Positions 30,271 through 41,620 of a stretch of DNA of 64,000 nt are shown here, piece after piece. The DNA is from Syntrophomonadaceae bacterium (GTDB taxonomy: Bacteria; Bacillota; Dethiobacteria; DTU022). The stretch spans positions 32,595-96,594 of the forward strand of contig SKOR01000037.1 in assembly GCA_007119965.1 (NCBI GenBank), given 5' to 3'. The notes below the pieces were generated by a model. It was given only the letters and a program-made list of their open reading frames with translations. It was not told where the DNA came from and did no database searches. Position 1 is the first letter of the stretch. Each line of letters starts with the position of its first letter. Position numbers and translations under genes: made by a program.

Positions 30271-30558
30271 TCAAGATCCTTCAACTCCATTTTCTTTTTC
30301 AAGCATTTCGGTCAATTCAGTTACCAGTTCTTCCGAAACAGGAAGCTGCAGGTTTTTCTCCAGCCGCTTGCCTTTAATCGCCTTCTTCAGGCAGGACTGA
30401 AGCGGGCAGATATAGGCGCCCCGCCCCGGCTTTTTGCCGGTCATGTCGAGGGCCGCCTTTGCCTCTGCAGTCCTGACAACCCGAATCAGCTCTTTTTTCG
30501 GTTTTTTTTCCTGGCAGCCGATACAGATACGTAAGGGGATTTTACGTTTCTTAATCAT
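30271..30558 (-). CDS. ylxR: YlxR-family RNA-binding protein (DUF448)
   Basis: [11 protein letters not shown]...ELIRVV...GRGAYIC motif block. Position between nusA and infB. Confidence 0.85.
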   Translation of the reverse strand: MIKKRKIPLRICIGCQEKKPKKELIRVVRTAEAKAALDMTGKKPGRGAYICPLQSCLKKAIKGKRLEKNLQLPVSEELVTELTEMLEKENGVEGS

Positions 30559-31834
30559 CTTGCTTTGAATCCTCCTCGGGCTGCTCTGTGCCCTCAGAAT
30601 CTCCTGTTTCAGCTTTTACATCTTCAATTTCAGCATCGGCAGCAACACTTTCTTCTGCCGGTGTTTCTTCTGCTGCAGTTTCTTCTTTTACAACGGCTTC
30701 TTCGCCGGGCTCTTCTTTTACAACCGCCCCGGCTGTATCATCGGCGCTTTCCTGGTCACTGCCTGTATCGCCTGATAAGCCGATTGCAGAAAGGCTTTTT
30801 TCGGTATACTGGGTTTCACTCGATATGTCGATCTTCCAGCCGGTGATCCGGGCTGCAAGGCGGGCATTCTGGCCTTCCTTGCCGATCGCAAGAGAAAGCT
30901 GGCTGTCGGGCACGATTACCGATGCCGCTTTTTTCTCGTAGTCGGTTATAACCGAAGCTACTTTCGCCGGACTTAGCGCATTGGCAATATACTCTTCCGT
31001 TTCTTCGCTCCATTTTATAATATCAATTTTTTCACCTTTTAACTCATTGCTGATCGCCTGGACCCTGCTTCCCTTGGGCCCTACACAGGCGCCGACAGGA
31101 TCTATGTCCTGGTTGTGGGAAACTACCGCCAGCTTGGAACGGTGTCCGGCTTCCCTGGCCGAGGCTTTTATTTCGACAATGCCCTCGTATATTTCAGGCA
31201 CCTCCATCTCGAAAAGCCTTTTTAAAAAACCTGTATGAGTCCTGGTTACGATAATCTGCGGGCCCTTGGTGGTTTTCTTGACATCAAGGATATAAGTTTT
31301 GACCCGCTCCCCCTGCCGGTAGCGTTCGTGGGGAATCTGTTCTTCGACGGGAAGGACTGCTTCGGTCCGCCCCAGGTCGATAATTACATTTCTCTGCTCG
31401 AAACGGCGCACCAGGCCGGTAATTACTTCTTCTGTCCTGTCTGCAAAATTTTCATAGATTAACTCCCGCTCGGCTTCCCTGATTCGCTGTATTACAACCT
31501 GCTTGGCAGTCTGAGCCGCTATCCGGCCGAATTCCTTCGGGGTTACTTCCATTTCCACGGTATCGCCAATCTGGCAGTGCGGATCATAAACGCGCGCTTC
31601 ATAGAGGCTTACTTCCTGCTGGTCAGACTCAACATCTTCCACAACTTTCAACTGTGAGAATACCTGGATTTCCCCGGTTTCCCGATCTATGGTTACGCTG
31701 ACGGCGGGAGCCGCCTGAAAATTTCTCTTGTAAGCCGAAACAAGCGCTACCTCGAGGGCTTCGAAAAGAACTTCTTTGCTTATCCCCTTTTCTTTTTCCA
31801 ATGCTTCAATCGCTGAAAACAAATCTTTGTTCAT
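30551..31834 (-). CDS. nusA: Transcription termination/antitermination factor NusA, with a roughly 90-aa acidic C-terminal tail
   Basis: NusA N-domain, S1 and two KH domains. The tail is Glu/Asp/Ala-rich and low complexity. Confidence 0.95.
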   Translation of the reverse strand: MNKDLFSAIEALEKEKGISKEVLFEALEVALVSAYKRNFQAAPAVSVTIDRETGEIQVFSQLKVVEDVESDQQEVSLYEARVYDPHCQIGDTVEMEVTPKEFGRIAAQTAKQVVIQRIREAERELIYENFADRTEEVITGLVRRFEQRNVIIDLGRTEAVLPVEEQIPHERYRQGERVKTYILDVKKTTKGPQIIVTRTHTGFLKRLFEMEVPEIYEGIVEIKASAREAGHRSKLAVVSHNQDIDPVGACVGPKGSRVQAISNELKGEKIDIIKWSEETEEYIANALSPAKVASVITDYEKKAASVIVPDSQLSLAIGKEGQNARLAARITGWKIDISSETQYTEKSLSAIGLSGDTGSDQESADDTAGAVVKEEPGEEAVVKEETAAEETPAEESVAADAEIEDVKAETGDSEGTEQPEEDSKQDD

Positions 31835-31840
31835 CCTGTA

Positions 31841-32347
31841 TTATTCACCCTCCTTTCTCTTAGGCTTCAAACCATTGCCTTTCTCAGGCCCTGTATACCA
31901 GAGATTGGCCCGGTCAATTTCCCGGTAAGGAATCCGTGCAGCGGCGCCGTCTTCCTTTACAACTTCTATAAAATCATCTTCAGCCCTTCGTAAAAGCCCG
32001 CTGAATTTCTTACTGCCTTCAATTGGCTCTGCAGTTCTGACCTTAACTTTTTCACCCTGGAACCGGATAAAATGCTCTTTTTTGGTCAGGGGCCGCTCGA
32101 GGCCGGGAGACGATACTTCCAGGGTGTAGGCATGGGAAATCGGATCAACCTCATCGAGCAGCGCCGATACAGCCCTGCTAACCTCTTCGCAGTGATCGAT
32201 CAGCACCCCGCCCCCGGTGTCGATATAAAGATGCAGCTTTCCGTGTTTGCCGACAACATAATCAAGGCGCACCAGTTCGAAACCCATCTTTTCGATTAAC
32301 GGTTCGATTAAGGCAATTAACCTGTCCCTGGTTTCTTCTCTGCTCAA
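31841..32347 (-). CDS. rimP: Ribosome maturation factor RimP
   Basis: 168-aa protein with conserved RimP N-domain. It lies upstream of nusA. Confidence 0.9.
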   Translation of the reverse strand: MSREETRDRLIALIEPLIEKMGFELVRLDYVVGKHGKLHLYIDTGGGVLIDHCEEVSRAVSALLDEVDPISHAYTLEVSSPGLERPLTKKEHFIRFQGEKVKVRTAEPIEGSKKFSGLLRRAEDDFIEVVKEDGAAARIPYREIDRANLWYTGPEKGNGLKPKRKEGE

Positions 32348-32471
32348 AGTAACTACCCCTTATTAACATGAAAGAGTGGGAACCCCCACCCTTGATAAGT
32401 AAAACCATTTCACCTCAATTAATTTATCACAAATATGCTAAAAGTGCAAGGATAAAGACCCTTTTCAAGCT

Positions 32472-33119
32472 TCACTTCGGGCCTGCATCTATCCTGGCCA
32501 CGTATTTAAAAATTTCCCAGTACATTTTTGCCCTGGCCAGGATGCCTTTCCAGAACCCGAGTTTTTCCTCTTTCATAACGTGGGAAAGATCCGGCAGGGA
32601 TACTTCTGCTGTCCCGATATTGTGATCATCTACATACTTGTGCAGGGCAACTTCGATCCCGAAGCGCGAGAGATCAAGCCCGGAGATATTTTCCAGGAGT
32701 TCTCTCTTTAAAGCCCTCTGGCCGGAAAGAAAGGGCGTTATTTTTTGGGCAAGATCAGTCGTTGCCCTCCCTTTTTCAAAGATGCCGATCGACATCATGG
32801 TTTCCCCTTCCAAAACCGGCGTTAACAGCGTTTTAATGTGATCTTCGGTCAGACCAATCAGGTCGGCGTCAAGAATGAGAATTACATCCGCCGTACAGCG
32901 GTCGAGGCCCGCCTTGACCGCTCCTCCTTTACCCCTGTTTTCCAGGAGCTCAATCATCTTTACACCGTCGAAAGCCGAAGCCGCTTCTACGGTCCTGTCT
33001 TCAGAACCGTCGCTGACGACTATTATCTCTTCGACCAGGTCAGAACCCTGCAGGACAGTCAGGACATTTCCGATTGTCTTCTCTTCGTTATAAGCAGGTA
33101 TTATTACCGCTATCTCCAC
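32472..33119 (-). CDS. Glycosyltransferase family 2 (dolichyl-phosphate mannosyltransferase-like)
   Basis: VIIPAYNEE...VVSDGSEDRT...DADL motifs. A GTG start at about 33119 is preceded by GGGGGAGGAAGGG. The ORF-track start at 33170 is over-extended. Confidence 0.75.
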   Translation of the reverse strand: MEIAVIIPAYNEEKTIGNVLTVLQGSDLVEEIIVVSDGSEDRTVEAASAFDGVKMIELLENRGKGGAVKAGLDRCTADVILILDADLIGLTEDHIKTLLTPVLEGETMMSIGIFEKGRATTDLAQKITPFLSGQRALKRELLENISGLDLSRFGIEVALHKYVDDHNIGTAEVSLPDLSHVMKEEKLGFWKGILARAKMYWEIFKYVARIDAGPK

Positions 33120-34215
33120 AGCCCTTCCTCCCCCTTCCCAGTTTGCCGCGCCGGGCGGCCAGTAAGTCAAGTTCTTCTTTCAGGGCTTCCAGCAGAAGGC
33201 TTTGTTGAACTGTGCGGATAACCCTGCCCTGCCGAAATAAAATTCCCCTCTTTTTGCCGGCGGAAATGCCGATATCAGCTTCCCGGGCTTCTCCGGGGCC
33301 GTTAACCGCGCAGCCCATCACCGCAACTTTAACCGGCATATCGTAAGTTTCCAGCATCTTTTCAACTTCCGTTACCAGGGGAACAAGTTCTACTTCACAG
33401 CGCCCGCAGGTCGGACAGGATATCAAATCCGGGGCGAATGCCCGGAGGCCCAGGGATTGCAGGATCCGGCGGCCTGTTATTATTTCTTCCGACGGTGAAG
33501 CGGTCAGGGAGACCCGGATTGTATCGCCGATACCGTCAGCCAGAAGAGCGCCGATCCCCACGGCGCCTTTGATTGAGCCTGTTGACGGGGGTCCGGCCCC
33601 GGTAACCCCGAGGTGAAGGGGGTATGCTTTCGCTTTAGAAAACAGGCGGTAAGCGCTGATTGTTGTATAGACATCCGAAGCTTTCAACGAAAAGACCAGA
33701 TCCCCAAAACCGATATCTTCCATTGTTTGCAGGTAGCCGAGCGCCGATTCGACCAGGGCAGCGGCAGTTGCGCCGCCGTGCTTTTTAAACAGGCTCTTTT
33801 CCAGCGACCCGGCATTAACCCCGATTCTAAGGGGCACCTTATACTCCCGGGCCTTCCGGGCCAGCTCTGTAAGCTTATCGCGGCCGCCGATGTTGCCCGG
33901 GTTAATCCTGATCTTTGATGCCCCGTTGTCCAGGGCCAGGAAGGCAAGTTTTACATCGAAGTGGATATCGGCGATCAGGGGCAGCGGGCTTTTTACTGCC
34001 AGCCTGCCCAGTGTATCGGCCGCGCCCCTGTCGGGGACAGCAACCCTCACCAGGTCAGCCCCGGCTTCGCAGAGCCGGTTGATCTGGTCCAGGGTTGCGC
34101 CGTAGTCGCCGGAACCGGTGTTGGTCATCGACTGAACTGTTACAGGGGCGCCGCCGCCAATAGTTACCCCGCCGACTTTGACAGGGATAGTTTGCCTGCG
34201 CTTGATTTTATCCAT
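33088..34215 (-). CDS. ispG: 4-hydroxy-3-methylbut-2-en-1-yl diphosphate synthase (IspG/GcpE)
   Basis: VKVGGVTIGGGAPVTVQSMTNT N-terminal block and the C-terminal Cys triad CPTCGRC...C. The likely start is MDKIK at 34215. Confidence 0.9.
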   Translation of the reverse strand: MDKIKRRQTIPVKVGGVTIGGGAPVTVQSMTNTGSGDYGATLDQINRLCEAGADLVRVAVPDRGAADTLGRLAVKSPLPLIADIHFDVKLAFLALDNGASKIRINPGNIGGRDKLTELARKAREYKVPLRIGVNAGSLEKSLFKKHGGATAAALVESALGYLQTMEDIGFGDLVFSLKASDVYTTISAYRLFSKAKAYPLHLGVTGAGPPSTGSIKGAVGIGALLADGIGDTIRVSLTASPSEEIITGRRILQSLGLRAFAPDLISCPTCGRCEVELVPLVTEVEKMLETYDMPVKVAVMGCAVNGPGEAREADIGISAGKKRGILFRQGRVIRTVQQSLLLEALKEELDLLAARRGKLGRGRKGCGDSGNNTCL

Positions 34216-34335
34216 TTTAGCACCACATGTTTTTTTATTGTACCTGCTCAGCTTGCGCTGCAATTCCCGGCATCTGTCAGCGAAGCGCTATCTTAACGCT
34301 CAGCCGCGGGCAGTAATTATGGCAGCGCAGCGGTC

Positions 34336-35361
34336 TTAGTTATTCGGCGCGATAATAAAGCGCAGAATATCCTGGTATGTGACCAGTAAAATCAGGGTGA
34401 TCAGCAGGGCAAAACCGAGGAAGTGGATAAAACCCTCCTTCTCCGGTTCAATCGGCCGGCCCCTGACTGCCTCGACAGCCAGGAACAGAAGCCGCCCGCC
34501 GTCCAAAGCAGGAATTGGCAGCAGGTTAATGATCCCCAGGTTGATACTGATTAAAGCGGTCAGGATCAGCAGGTTGACAAAACCGGTCTGGGCCACCTCG
34601 CCGATCGTAACAACTATTCCCACCGGCCCGGCCACATCAAGCGGGGCCTGTCCTGATACAACCTGGTAAAGGGCAGCCAGGATTAACCCGAACCGCTCGA
34701 AACTGATCACCAGTGCCGGAAAGAACCTGTACTTCTCAATCTCGGGGCCGATTCCAATCACGCCCCGTTCAACTTCAGGCTCGGGGGCAATCTCGGTAGT
34801 AACCGCAAACTCCCTGGTGATCCCGTCCCTGTCTACGGTCAGCAGGATTTCCTCGTTCGGCCTGGCCGAAATATATTTTAAAACATCATTCCATTCTTCA
34901 ACCGGGTTGCCGTCGATAGCCGTAACCGTATCGCCGGGTTCAATCCCGGCAGCCTCCGCCGGGGAATCTTCAACGATATAGCCGATGCCGGAAGTATCGG
35001 TAATGGGCACTCCCACAATAAAAAAGAAGATGATGAAGAAGACTACTATGGCCAGGAGCAGGTTCATGGTCGCTCCCGCCAGGAGGACGGCAGCCCTCTT
35101 TAAAATTGACTGCCGGGGGAAACTATCCGGCTCAGAAGCTTCATCAGGGCTTTCGCCGAGCAGGCGGCAAAAACCGCCGAGCGGGAATGCCCGCAGGGAA
35201 TAATCAATGCCATCTTTTGTCCAGCCAAAAACTTTTGGCCCGAAACCGATCGCCAGTTCTAAAACCCTTATTCCTGTCCGGCGGGCTACAAAGTAATGGC
35301 CCAGCTCATGAACCAAAATCAGCAGGCCAAATACAAATATAGACGCAATGAAAGTTTGCAT
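34336..35361 (-). CDS. rseP: RIP site-2 zinc metalloprotease (RseP/RasP)
   Basis: HELGH zinc motif in TM1, a PDZ domain and an LDGG motif. Confidence 0.9.
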   Translation of the reverse strand: MQTFIASIFVFGLLILVHELGHYFVARRTGIRVLELAIGFGPKVFGWTKDGIDYSLRAFPLGGFCRLLGESPDEASEPDSFPRQSILKRAAVLLAGATMNLLLAIVVFFIIFFFIVGVPITDTSGIGYIVEDSPAEAAGIEPGDTVTAIDGNPVEEWNDVLKYISARPNEEILLTVDRDGITREFAVTTEIAPEPEVERGVIGIGPEIEKYRFFPALVISFERFGLILAALYQVVSGQAPLDVAGPVGIVVTIGEVAQTGFVNLLILTALISINLGIINLLPIPALDGGRLLFLAVEAVRGRPIEPEKEGFIHFLGFALLITLILLVTYQDILRFIIAPNN

Positions 35362-35362
35362 T

Positions 35363-36529
35363 TTAATTCACCCTTCCTGTTAACTCTTCAATTACTGCGG
35401 ACGCCTGCAGGCGCGACCAGCTGTCCGCATTGACTACATCTTCCACTTCGGGGCGGTCGGTTACCCTGTGCTGCTGCATTACCTTTTCAATGACATCAGG
35501 AATACCTGTAAAGCTTATGATCCCGTTCAAAAAGGCGTCAACAGCAGTTTCATTGGAACCGTTTAAAACAGCGGGCATCGTTCCCCCTGTCCTCGCGGCG
35601 CTGCAAGCCAGTTCCAGGCACGGAAAGTTTTCCCTGTCGGGCTCTTTAAACTCCAGAACCTGGCCGAATGGATTATACCTTTCAAATTCGCTGTTTTTAC
35701 GTTCAGGATATGTTAAAGCGTACTGGATCGGCAGCCTCATATCAGGCAGCCCCAGCTGCGCAATAATGGATCCATCTATATATTCTACCATAGAATGCAC
35801 AATACTTTGCCGGTGAATGATAACTTCAATTTGTTCAAGCTCGAGATCAAAGAGCCATTTGGCTTCAATTACTTCAAGCCCCTTGTTCATCATCGTCGCT
35901 GAATCAATCGTAATCTTGCTGCCCATCTGCCAGTTAGGGTGCTTTAAGGCCATGGCCGGTGTTACCGCTTCGAGCTCTTTACCTGATTTGCCATAAAAAG
36001 GACCTCCTGAGGCGGTCAGGTAGATCCTGCTCAGACCTGCTGTCGAAGATGAACCGAGGCACTGCCAGATTGCCGAGTGCTCGCTGTCTACAGGCAGGAT
36101 TTTTTCCAGGTTCAGCAAGCCCTCGCGCTTAAGGATTTCGCCGCCGATCACCAGGGATTCCTTGTTGGAAAGGGCAACCGTTTTATCGCTCTTCAGGGCG
36201 GCGACCAGGGGCTCAAAACCGCTGAATCCAACCTGGGCCATGACCACAAGGTCGGCTGCAGGCCAGGCAGCAGCAGCAAGCTGGCCTGCCGGGCCCTCTT
36301 CCACGACACACTTTTCGGTCTTTATATTTTCCCGGAGCCTGGCCGCTGCCCCTGCGTCAAGCAGGGCAGCCATTTCGGGTTTAAAGCGCCTGACCTGCTC
36401 AGCGAGCAGTTGATCGCTTTTTCCTGCCGCCAGCGCGGTTACCCTGTATCCGGGACCCAGCGCCTCGATCACTTCAAGCACCTGGCGGCCGATTGAACCT
36501 GTAGAGCCGAGAACAGCAATTTTTTTCAT
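35363..36529 (-). CDS. dxr: 1-deoxy-D-xylulose 5-phosphate reductoisomerase
   Basis: N-terminal NADPH motif KIAVLGSTGSIG and conserved Dxr core. Confidence 0.95.
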   Translation of the reverse strand: MKKIAVLGSTGSIGRQVLEVIEALGPGYRVTALAAGKSDQLLAEQVRRFKPEMAALLDAGAAARLRENIKTEKCVVEEGPAGQLAAAAWPAADLVVMAQVGFSGFEPLVAALKSDKTVALSNKESLVIGGEILKREGLLNLEKILPVDSEHSAIWQCLGSSSTAGLSRIYLTASGGPFYGKSGKELEAVTPAMALKHPNWQMGSKITIDSATMMNKGLEVIEAKWLFDLELEQIEVIIHRQSIVHSMVEYIDGSIIAQLGLPDMRLPIQYALTYPERKNSEFERYNPFGQVLEFKEPDRENFPCLELACSAARTGGTMPAVLNGSNETAVDAFLNGIISFTGIPDVIEKVMQQHRVTDRPEVEDVVNADSWSRLQASAVIEELTGRVN

Positions 36530-36544
36530 TGGAATACACCCTTA

Positions 36545-37354
36545 TTAAACAAGATTCATTAAAAGAAAGAAGTAGTATACAAACGGGGCCGCAAGGAGTA
36601 AGCTGTCAAAGCGGTCCAAAACCCCGCCGTGGCCGGGTATGATACCGCTCGCATCCTTAACTTTCATCTGCCTTTTCAAAGCCGATTCCAAAAGATCTCC
36701 CAGCTGGGCAAAAACAGCGATCCCCAGGGCTAAAATTGCCGCCTGCAGGGGGCTTAACGACACCAGGCCGGGCAGCAGAATCGATATTGAAAAAAAGATG
36801 ACCACAGTTGAGCCAATACCGGCCAGGGAACCTTCGACCGATTTTTTTGGGCTGACCTGCGGGGCAAATTTTCGCATACCCCACTTAACTCCGACCAGGT
36901 AAGCCGCTGTATCATGAACCCATACCCCAACCAGCAGAATGTAAGTATAAATAGCCCCGTCCGGCAGCATGCGCAGCATCAACAGGTACCCGCCCAGCCC
37001 GCCGAGGTAAATCATACCCCACAGGGACAGGGCAGAATCAGCGGCGCTGATTTTATCCATGTTGAAAAGCACTGAAACAAAGAGTAAGAAAAAAGCCAGC
37101 ATAACCAGCGGGTAGACCAGGTTTAACTGGTCAAAGAAAATAACGGCCAGCAAAAGAGTGGCCCCCAGGTAATTAACGATAGCCGGTGCATCAAATTCCT
37201 GCTTTTTTAAGATGCCGTTATACTCATAGAGCCCCAGGTTAACTACGATAGCTACGAAAATCGCATACCAGGACCCGCCGAGATAAACTATTCCCAGAAC
37301 CAGCGGTATGCCGATCAGGGCAGACAATGCGCGCAGTAAAAACAATATAATCAC
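36545..37354 (-). CDS. cdsA: Phosphatidate cytidylyltransferase
   Basis: Polytopic membrane protein with the C-terminal CdsA signature (GHGGVLDRFDS). Confidence 0.9.
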   Translation of the reverse strand: MIILFLLRALSALIGIPLVLGIVYLGGSWYAIFVAIVVNLGLYEYNGILKKQEFDAPAIVNYLGATLLLAVIFFDQLNLVYPLVMLAFFLLFVSVLFNMDKISAADSALSLWGMIYLGGLGGYLLMLRMLPDGAIYTYILLVGVWVHDTAAYLVGVKWGMRKFAPQVSPKKSVEGSLAGIGSTVVIFFSISILLPGLVSLSPLQAAILALGIAVFAQLGDLLESALKRQMKVKDASGIIPGHGGVLDRFDSLLLAAPFVYYFFLLMNLV

Positions 37355-37381
37355 CCTGCCTATACTTGAACCTGTCGATTT

Positions 37382-38125
37382 TTAAACGCTTCCAAAACGA
37401 CGCTTGCGCTTTTGATATTCGTAAACAGCTTCCATCAGGTGAATCTTAGAAAAATCGGGCCAATAGGCATCTGTAAACCAGAGTTCGCTGTAAGCCAGCT
37501 GCCAGAGCAGGAAGTTGCTGATCCTCTGTTCACCGCTGGTCCGGATCAACAAATCTGGATCGGGCAGATCGGCCGTGTAGAGGTAACGGGAAAATAATTT
37601 TTCGTCTACCTTCCCCTTTAAGCTGCCCGCTTTAGCTTCAGCAAGCAGGTTGTTTACGGCTCTTAAAATTTCAGATCTGGAGCCGTAATTAAGAGCAAAA
37701 TTCAGGATCATCCCTGTATTGTCTTTTGTTGCCTCGGAGCCGTCTTTTACCGCTTTTTGAACCCTGCCGGGAAGCTTTTTGCCGTCCCCGATCAACCTGA
37801 CCTGGACATTGTTGCGCATCAGTTCGGGCAGTTCGGTCTCAAAATATTTGCCGGGCAGGCTCATCAGGAAATTAACTTCGCTGATCGGCCTCTGCCAGTT
37901 TTCCGTGGAAAAAGCAAACAGGGTCAGCACTTTTATACCCAGTTCGCTGCAATTTCTGACCGTTGAACGGACAGTTTCCACACCCTGGCGGTGGCCTTCA
38001 TGACGCGGCAGGCCCCTTTCAACGGCCCAGCGCCCGTTGCCATCCATAATCACCGCCACGTGGTGAGGAATATTTTCAGCTTTTATGGCCTCTTTAAGTT
38101 TCTGCTCCCGCTGTTCAGGCTCCAA
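37382..38125 (-). CDS. uppS: Undecaprenyl-diphosphate synthase (cis-prenyltransferase)
   Basis: HVAVIMDGNGRWA motif. Size 247 aa. Confidence 0.95.
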   Translation of the reverse strand: MEPEQREQKLKEAIKAENIPHHVAVIMDGNGRWAVERGLPRHEGHRQGVETVRSTVRNCSELGIKVLTLFAFSTENWQRPISEVNFLMSLPGKYFETELPELMRNNVQVRLIGDGKKLPGRVQKAVKDGSEATKDNTGMILNFALNYGSRSEILRAVNNLLAEAKAGSLKGKVDEKLFSRYLYTADLPDPDLLIRTSGEQRISNFLLWQLAYSELWFTDAYWPDFSKIHLMEAVYEYQKRKRRFGSV

Positions 38126-38289
38126 TTAAGATCCCACCGTTCATAAACAGCAGCTCTCCCTGTTCAGCCAGGAGAGAGCCGCCTCTTGTTACATTTACGC
38201 CTGTTCAATAGTGTATCACAAAGGCATAACAATGCGGCTCCTGTCCGCCACCGGAAGGCGGCGCTGAAAACCATCCTGAACCGCTTATG

Positions 38290-38847
38290 TTAGACCTCCA
38301 TCATCTCTTTTTCTTTAAGCTCTGTGATACTGTCTATTTCTTTAATTTTTTGATCGGTCATTTCCTGGATGCTATCCTGGGCCCGGCGCTGTTCATCCTC
38401 GGAAATTTCACTGGATTTCTCCAGCTGCTTGACACCGTCGTTGGCGTCACGGCGGATATTGCGGATGCTGACCTTGCTCTCCTCGGATTTCTTCCGGACA
38501 TACCTGACCAGTTCTTTGCGGCGTTCTTCGGTCAACTGCGGGATGGCCAGCCTGATTACGCTGCCGTCGTTGTTCGGGGTCAGCCCCAGGTCTGACTTTA
38601 AAATTGCTTTTTCTATCTCGCCCATCGCGCTCTTATCCCAGGGCTGGATAACAAGCAAGCGCGACTCGGGGGCAGAAACTCCGGCCAGCTGGTTTAGAGG
38701 GGTTGTTGTCCCGTAGTATTCAACCTCAATGCGATCAAGCAGCGAAGGGGTCGCCCTGCCGGCACGCAGGGTAGCCAGTTCACGCTGGAAAGCAGCAACA
38801 ACCTTCTCCATTTTTTCTTCGGCTTCGAGATAAATATCGTCTAACAT
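38290..38847 (-). CDS. frr: Ribosome recycling factor
   Basis: 185-aa protein with conserved RRF sequence. Confidence 0.95.
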   Translation of the reverse strand: MLDDIYLEAEEKMEKVVAAFQRELATLRAGRATPSLLDRIEVEYYGTTTPLNQLAGVSAPESRLLVIQPWDKSAMGEIEKAILKSDLGLTPNNDGSVIRLAIPQLTEERRKELVRYVRKKSEESKVSIRNIRRDANDGVKQLEKSSEISEDEQRRAQDSIQEMTDQKIKEIDSITELKEKEMMEV

Positions 38848-38850
38848 TAA

Positions 38851-39591
<741 letters not shown>

Positions 39592-39735
39592 TTATTCGAC
39601 AAAACCGCTTGCACAACCTTCAGGGGTAAAACTTTTTTGCAAAACAGCATTTTTTAGGAAATCACAGCCTCAGCTGCCGCTTTCTGCAGAAGGGTAATAA
39701 AAAAGAACACTTTGCAGTGTTCTTTTTCAGGCCGC

Positions 39736-40362
39736 TTAACCGCAGCAGCTCGCGGTATCCGAGTCAAGATTCTCACCGATCTCGAAACGGCTGTAGCGCC
39801 GGATCACGATATTTTCGCCGATCTTGGCAATCAGGTTGGTCAGCAGTTCGCTTATTGTCAAATCTTCGTCTTTGACAAAGGTCTGTTCAATCAGGCAGTT
39901 TTCACGGTAATATTTCTCAAGGCGCCCTTCAACAATTTTGTCGACCACCTTTTCGGGTTTGCCGTCATTTAAGGCCTGTGTTTTAATAATTTGCCGCTCT
40001 TTATCAAGAATGCTCTCGGGAACATCTTCCTTGCGCAGGTAAGCAGGGTTTGTTGCCGCCACCTGCAGGCAGAGGTTGCGGACAAAAGCGCGGAATTCAT
40101 CATTGCGGGCCACAAAGTCTGTCTCGCAGTTTACTTCAACGAGGACCCCGATTTTTCCACCAAGGTGGATATAGGAATCGATAATTCCCTGGTTTGCGGC
40201 GCGCCCCGACCTTTTGGCAGCAGCGGAAAGCCCTTTTTCCCTCAGGATATCAACAGCCTTTTCTTCGTTTCCTTCTGCTTCCTGCAGCGCTTTCTTGCAA
40301 TCCATCATTCCTGCGCCCGTTTTTTCACGCAGCGACTTAACAACTTTAGCGTCAATATGCAT
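39736..40362 (-). CDS. tsf: Elongation factor Ts (short form)
   Basis: N-terminal UBA-like [16 protein letters not shown]. Size 208 aa. Confidence 0.9.
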   Translation of the reverse strand: MHIDAKVVKSLREKTGAGMMDCKKALQEAEGNEEKAVDILREKGLSAAAKRSGRAANQGIIDSYIHLGGKIGVLVEVNCETDFVARNDEFRAFVRNLCLQVAATNPAYLRKEDVPESILDKERQIIKTQALNDGKPEKVVDKIVEGRLEKYYRENCLIEQTFVKDEDLTISELLTNLIAKIGENIVIRRYSRFEIGENLDSDTASCCG

Positions 40363-40411
40363 CTATCGTATTCACTCCTCCGGATAACTTGTTCTATGGA
40401 CTGACTTTATA

Positions 40412-41314
40412 TTACAGGTCAGTTTTTGTTTCTTCGTTTTTTACTTCCCCGGCAGCCTCTTCAGCAGTTTCGCCGTCGGCTTTTCCGGGAACCTCAACAG
40501 CAGCGCCTGCTTCTTCGGCGGCAGCGTCCGGTGTTTGCACAGAGCTTTCTTCAGCAGGCTTCTCGGCTTCGATCTTCATAACTTCCCGCTCTTTTTCTGC
40601 CTCTGCTTTCTGCGATTCCTCGGCAGATTCGATGATCTGCTTTCCTTCAAGGACAGCATCAGCCATAACTGATGTAATCAGCTTGACCGCCCTGATGGCG
40701 TCATCGTTTCCGGGAATCAGGTAATCAATTTCATCGGGATCGCAGTTTGTATCGACAATGGCGATAACCGGTATGTTAAGTTTCCTTGCTTCGGCAACTG
40801 CAATTTTCTCTTTGCGCGGGTCAACAATATACACCGCATCGGGTAGTTTTTTCATGCTGCGGATCCCGCTCAGAAACTTCATGAGCCTGTCCTTTTCGTT
40901 CCGCAGGGTCAGCACTTCTTTCTTGGTCAGGCGTTCAAAAGTGCCGTCTGTTTCCATCTGCTCCAGTTTGAGCATGCGGTCGATACGCTTGCGGATTGTG
41001 TTAAAGTTGGTCAGCATTCCACCGAGCCAGCGGTGGTTTACGTAGTGAGCACCGCTTCTTTCCGCTTCATTGCGGATCGACTCCTGGGCCTGTTTCTTGG
41101 TACCGACAAAAATAATGTTGCCTCCGTCGGCAACCGTGTCCCGCACAAAATTATAGGCGGTATCCATCAGTTTTACTGTTTTTTGCAGGTCGATAATGTA
41201 GATTCCGTTACGCTCGGTGAAGATGTAGTTTTTCATCTTCGGATTCCAACGGCGGGTTTGATGTCCGAAGTGGACCCCCGCTTCCAGCAGCTGTTTCATA
41301 CTTACTCTTGCCAA
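40412..41314 (-). CDS. rpsB: 30S ribosomal protein S2, with a roughly 60-aa acidic C-terminal extension
   Basis: [24 protein letters not shown]-terminal signature. The true start is probably TTG at 41314, with GGAGGAGGAAG as SD. The ORF-track start at 41353 is over-extended. Confidence 0.9.
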   Translation of the reverse strand: MARVSMKQLLEAGVHFGHQTRRWNPKMKNYIFTERNGIYIIDLQKTVKLMDTAYNFVRDTVADGGNIIFVGTKKQAQESIRNEAERSGAHYVNHRWLGGMLTNFNTIRKRIDRMLKLEQMETDGTFERLTKKEVLTLRNEKDRLMKFLSGIRSMKKLPDAVYIVDPRKEKIAVAEARKLNIPVIAIVDTNCDPDEIDYLIPGNDDAIRAVKLITSVMADAVLEGKQIIESAEESQKAEAEKEREVMKIEAEKPAEESSVQTPDAAAEEAGAAVEVPGKADGETAEEAAGEVKNEETKTDL

Positions 41315-41620
41315 AATACTTCCTCCTCCTGTTTTTACCACCGCCGGCATCATCGCCCGGGACCAAGCATAAAGCCAACCGGCCCCCGGCTCTTCAGGCG
41401 TGAGTTTTAGATTTACCAGAGGTAGTATAGCATAGTTCTGCCCTGATTACAATGCAATATCTACTGATTTTGTTGCAAAGGACACCTGTATATATTAGAA
41501 TCATACTAGCTGCTCAGCAAACCTGGCATGCGGCGGAAGCGGATGGTCATAAAACCGGCAGTCCTGCCGCCTTAAAGTTACCCGCGGAATCTATGTCACT
41601 ATCATACCCGGAGGAATTAA

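Noticed and set aside
38146-38175. Imperfect hairpin GCTCTCC...GGAGAGAGC between frr and uppS as an internal terminator
   Set aside because: The stem is imperfect and the trailing U tract is weak. It could be an attenuator but the evidence is insufficient.
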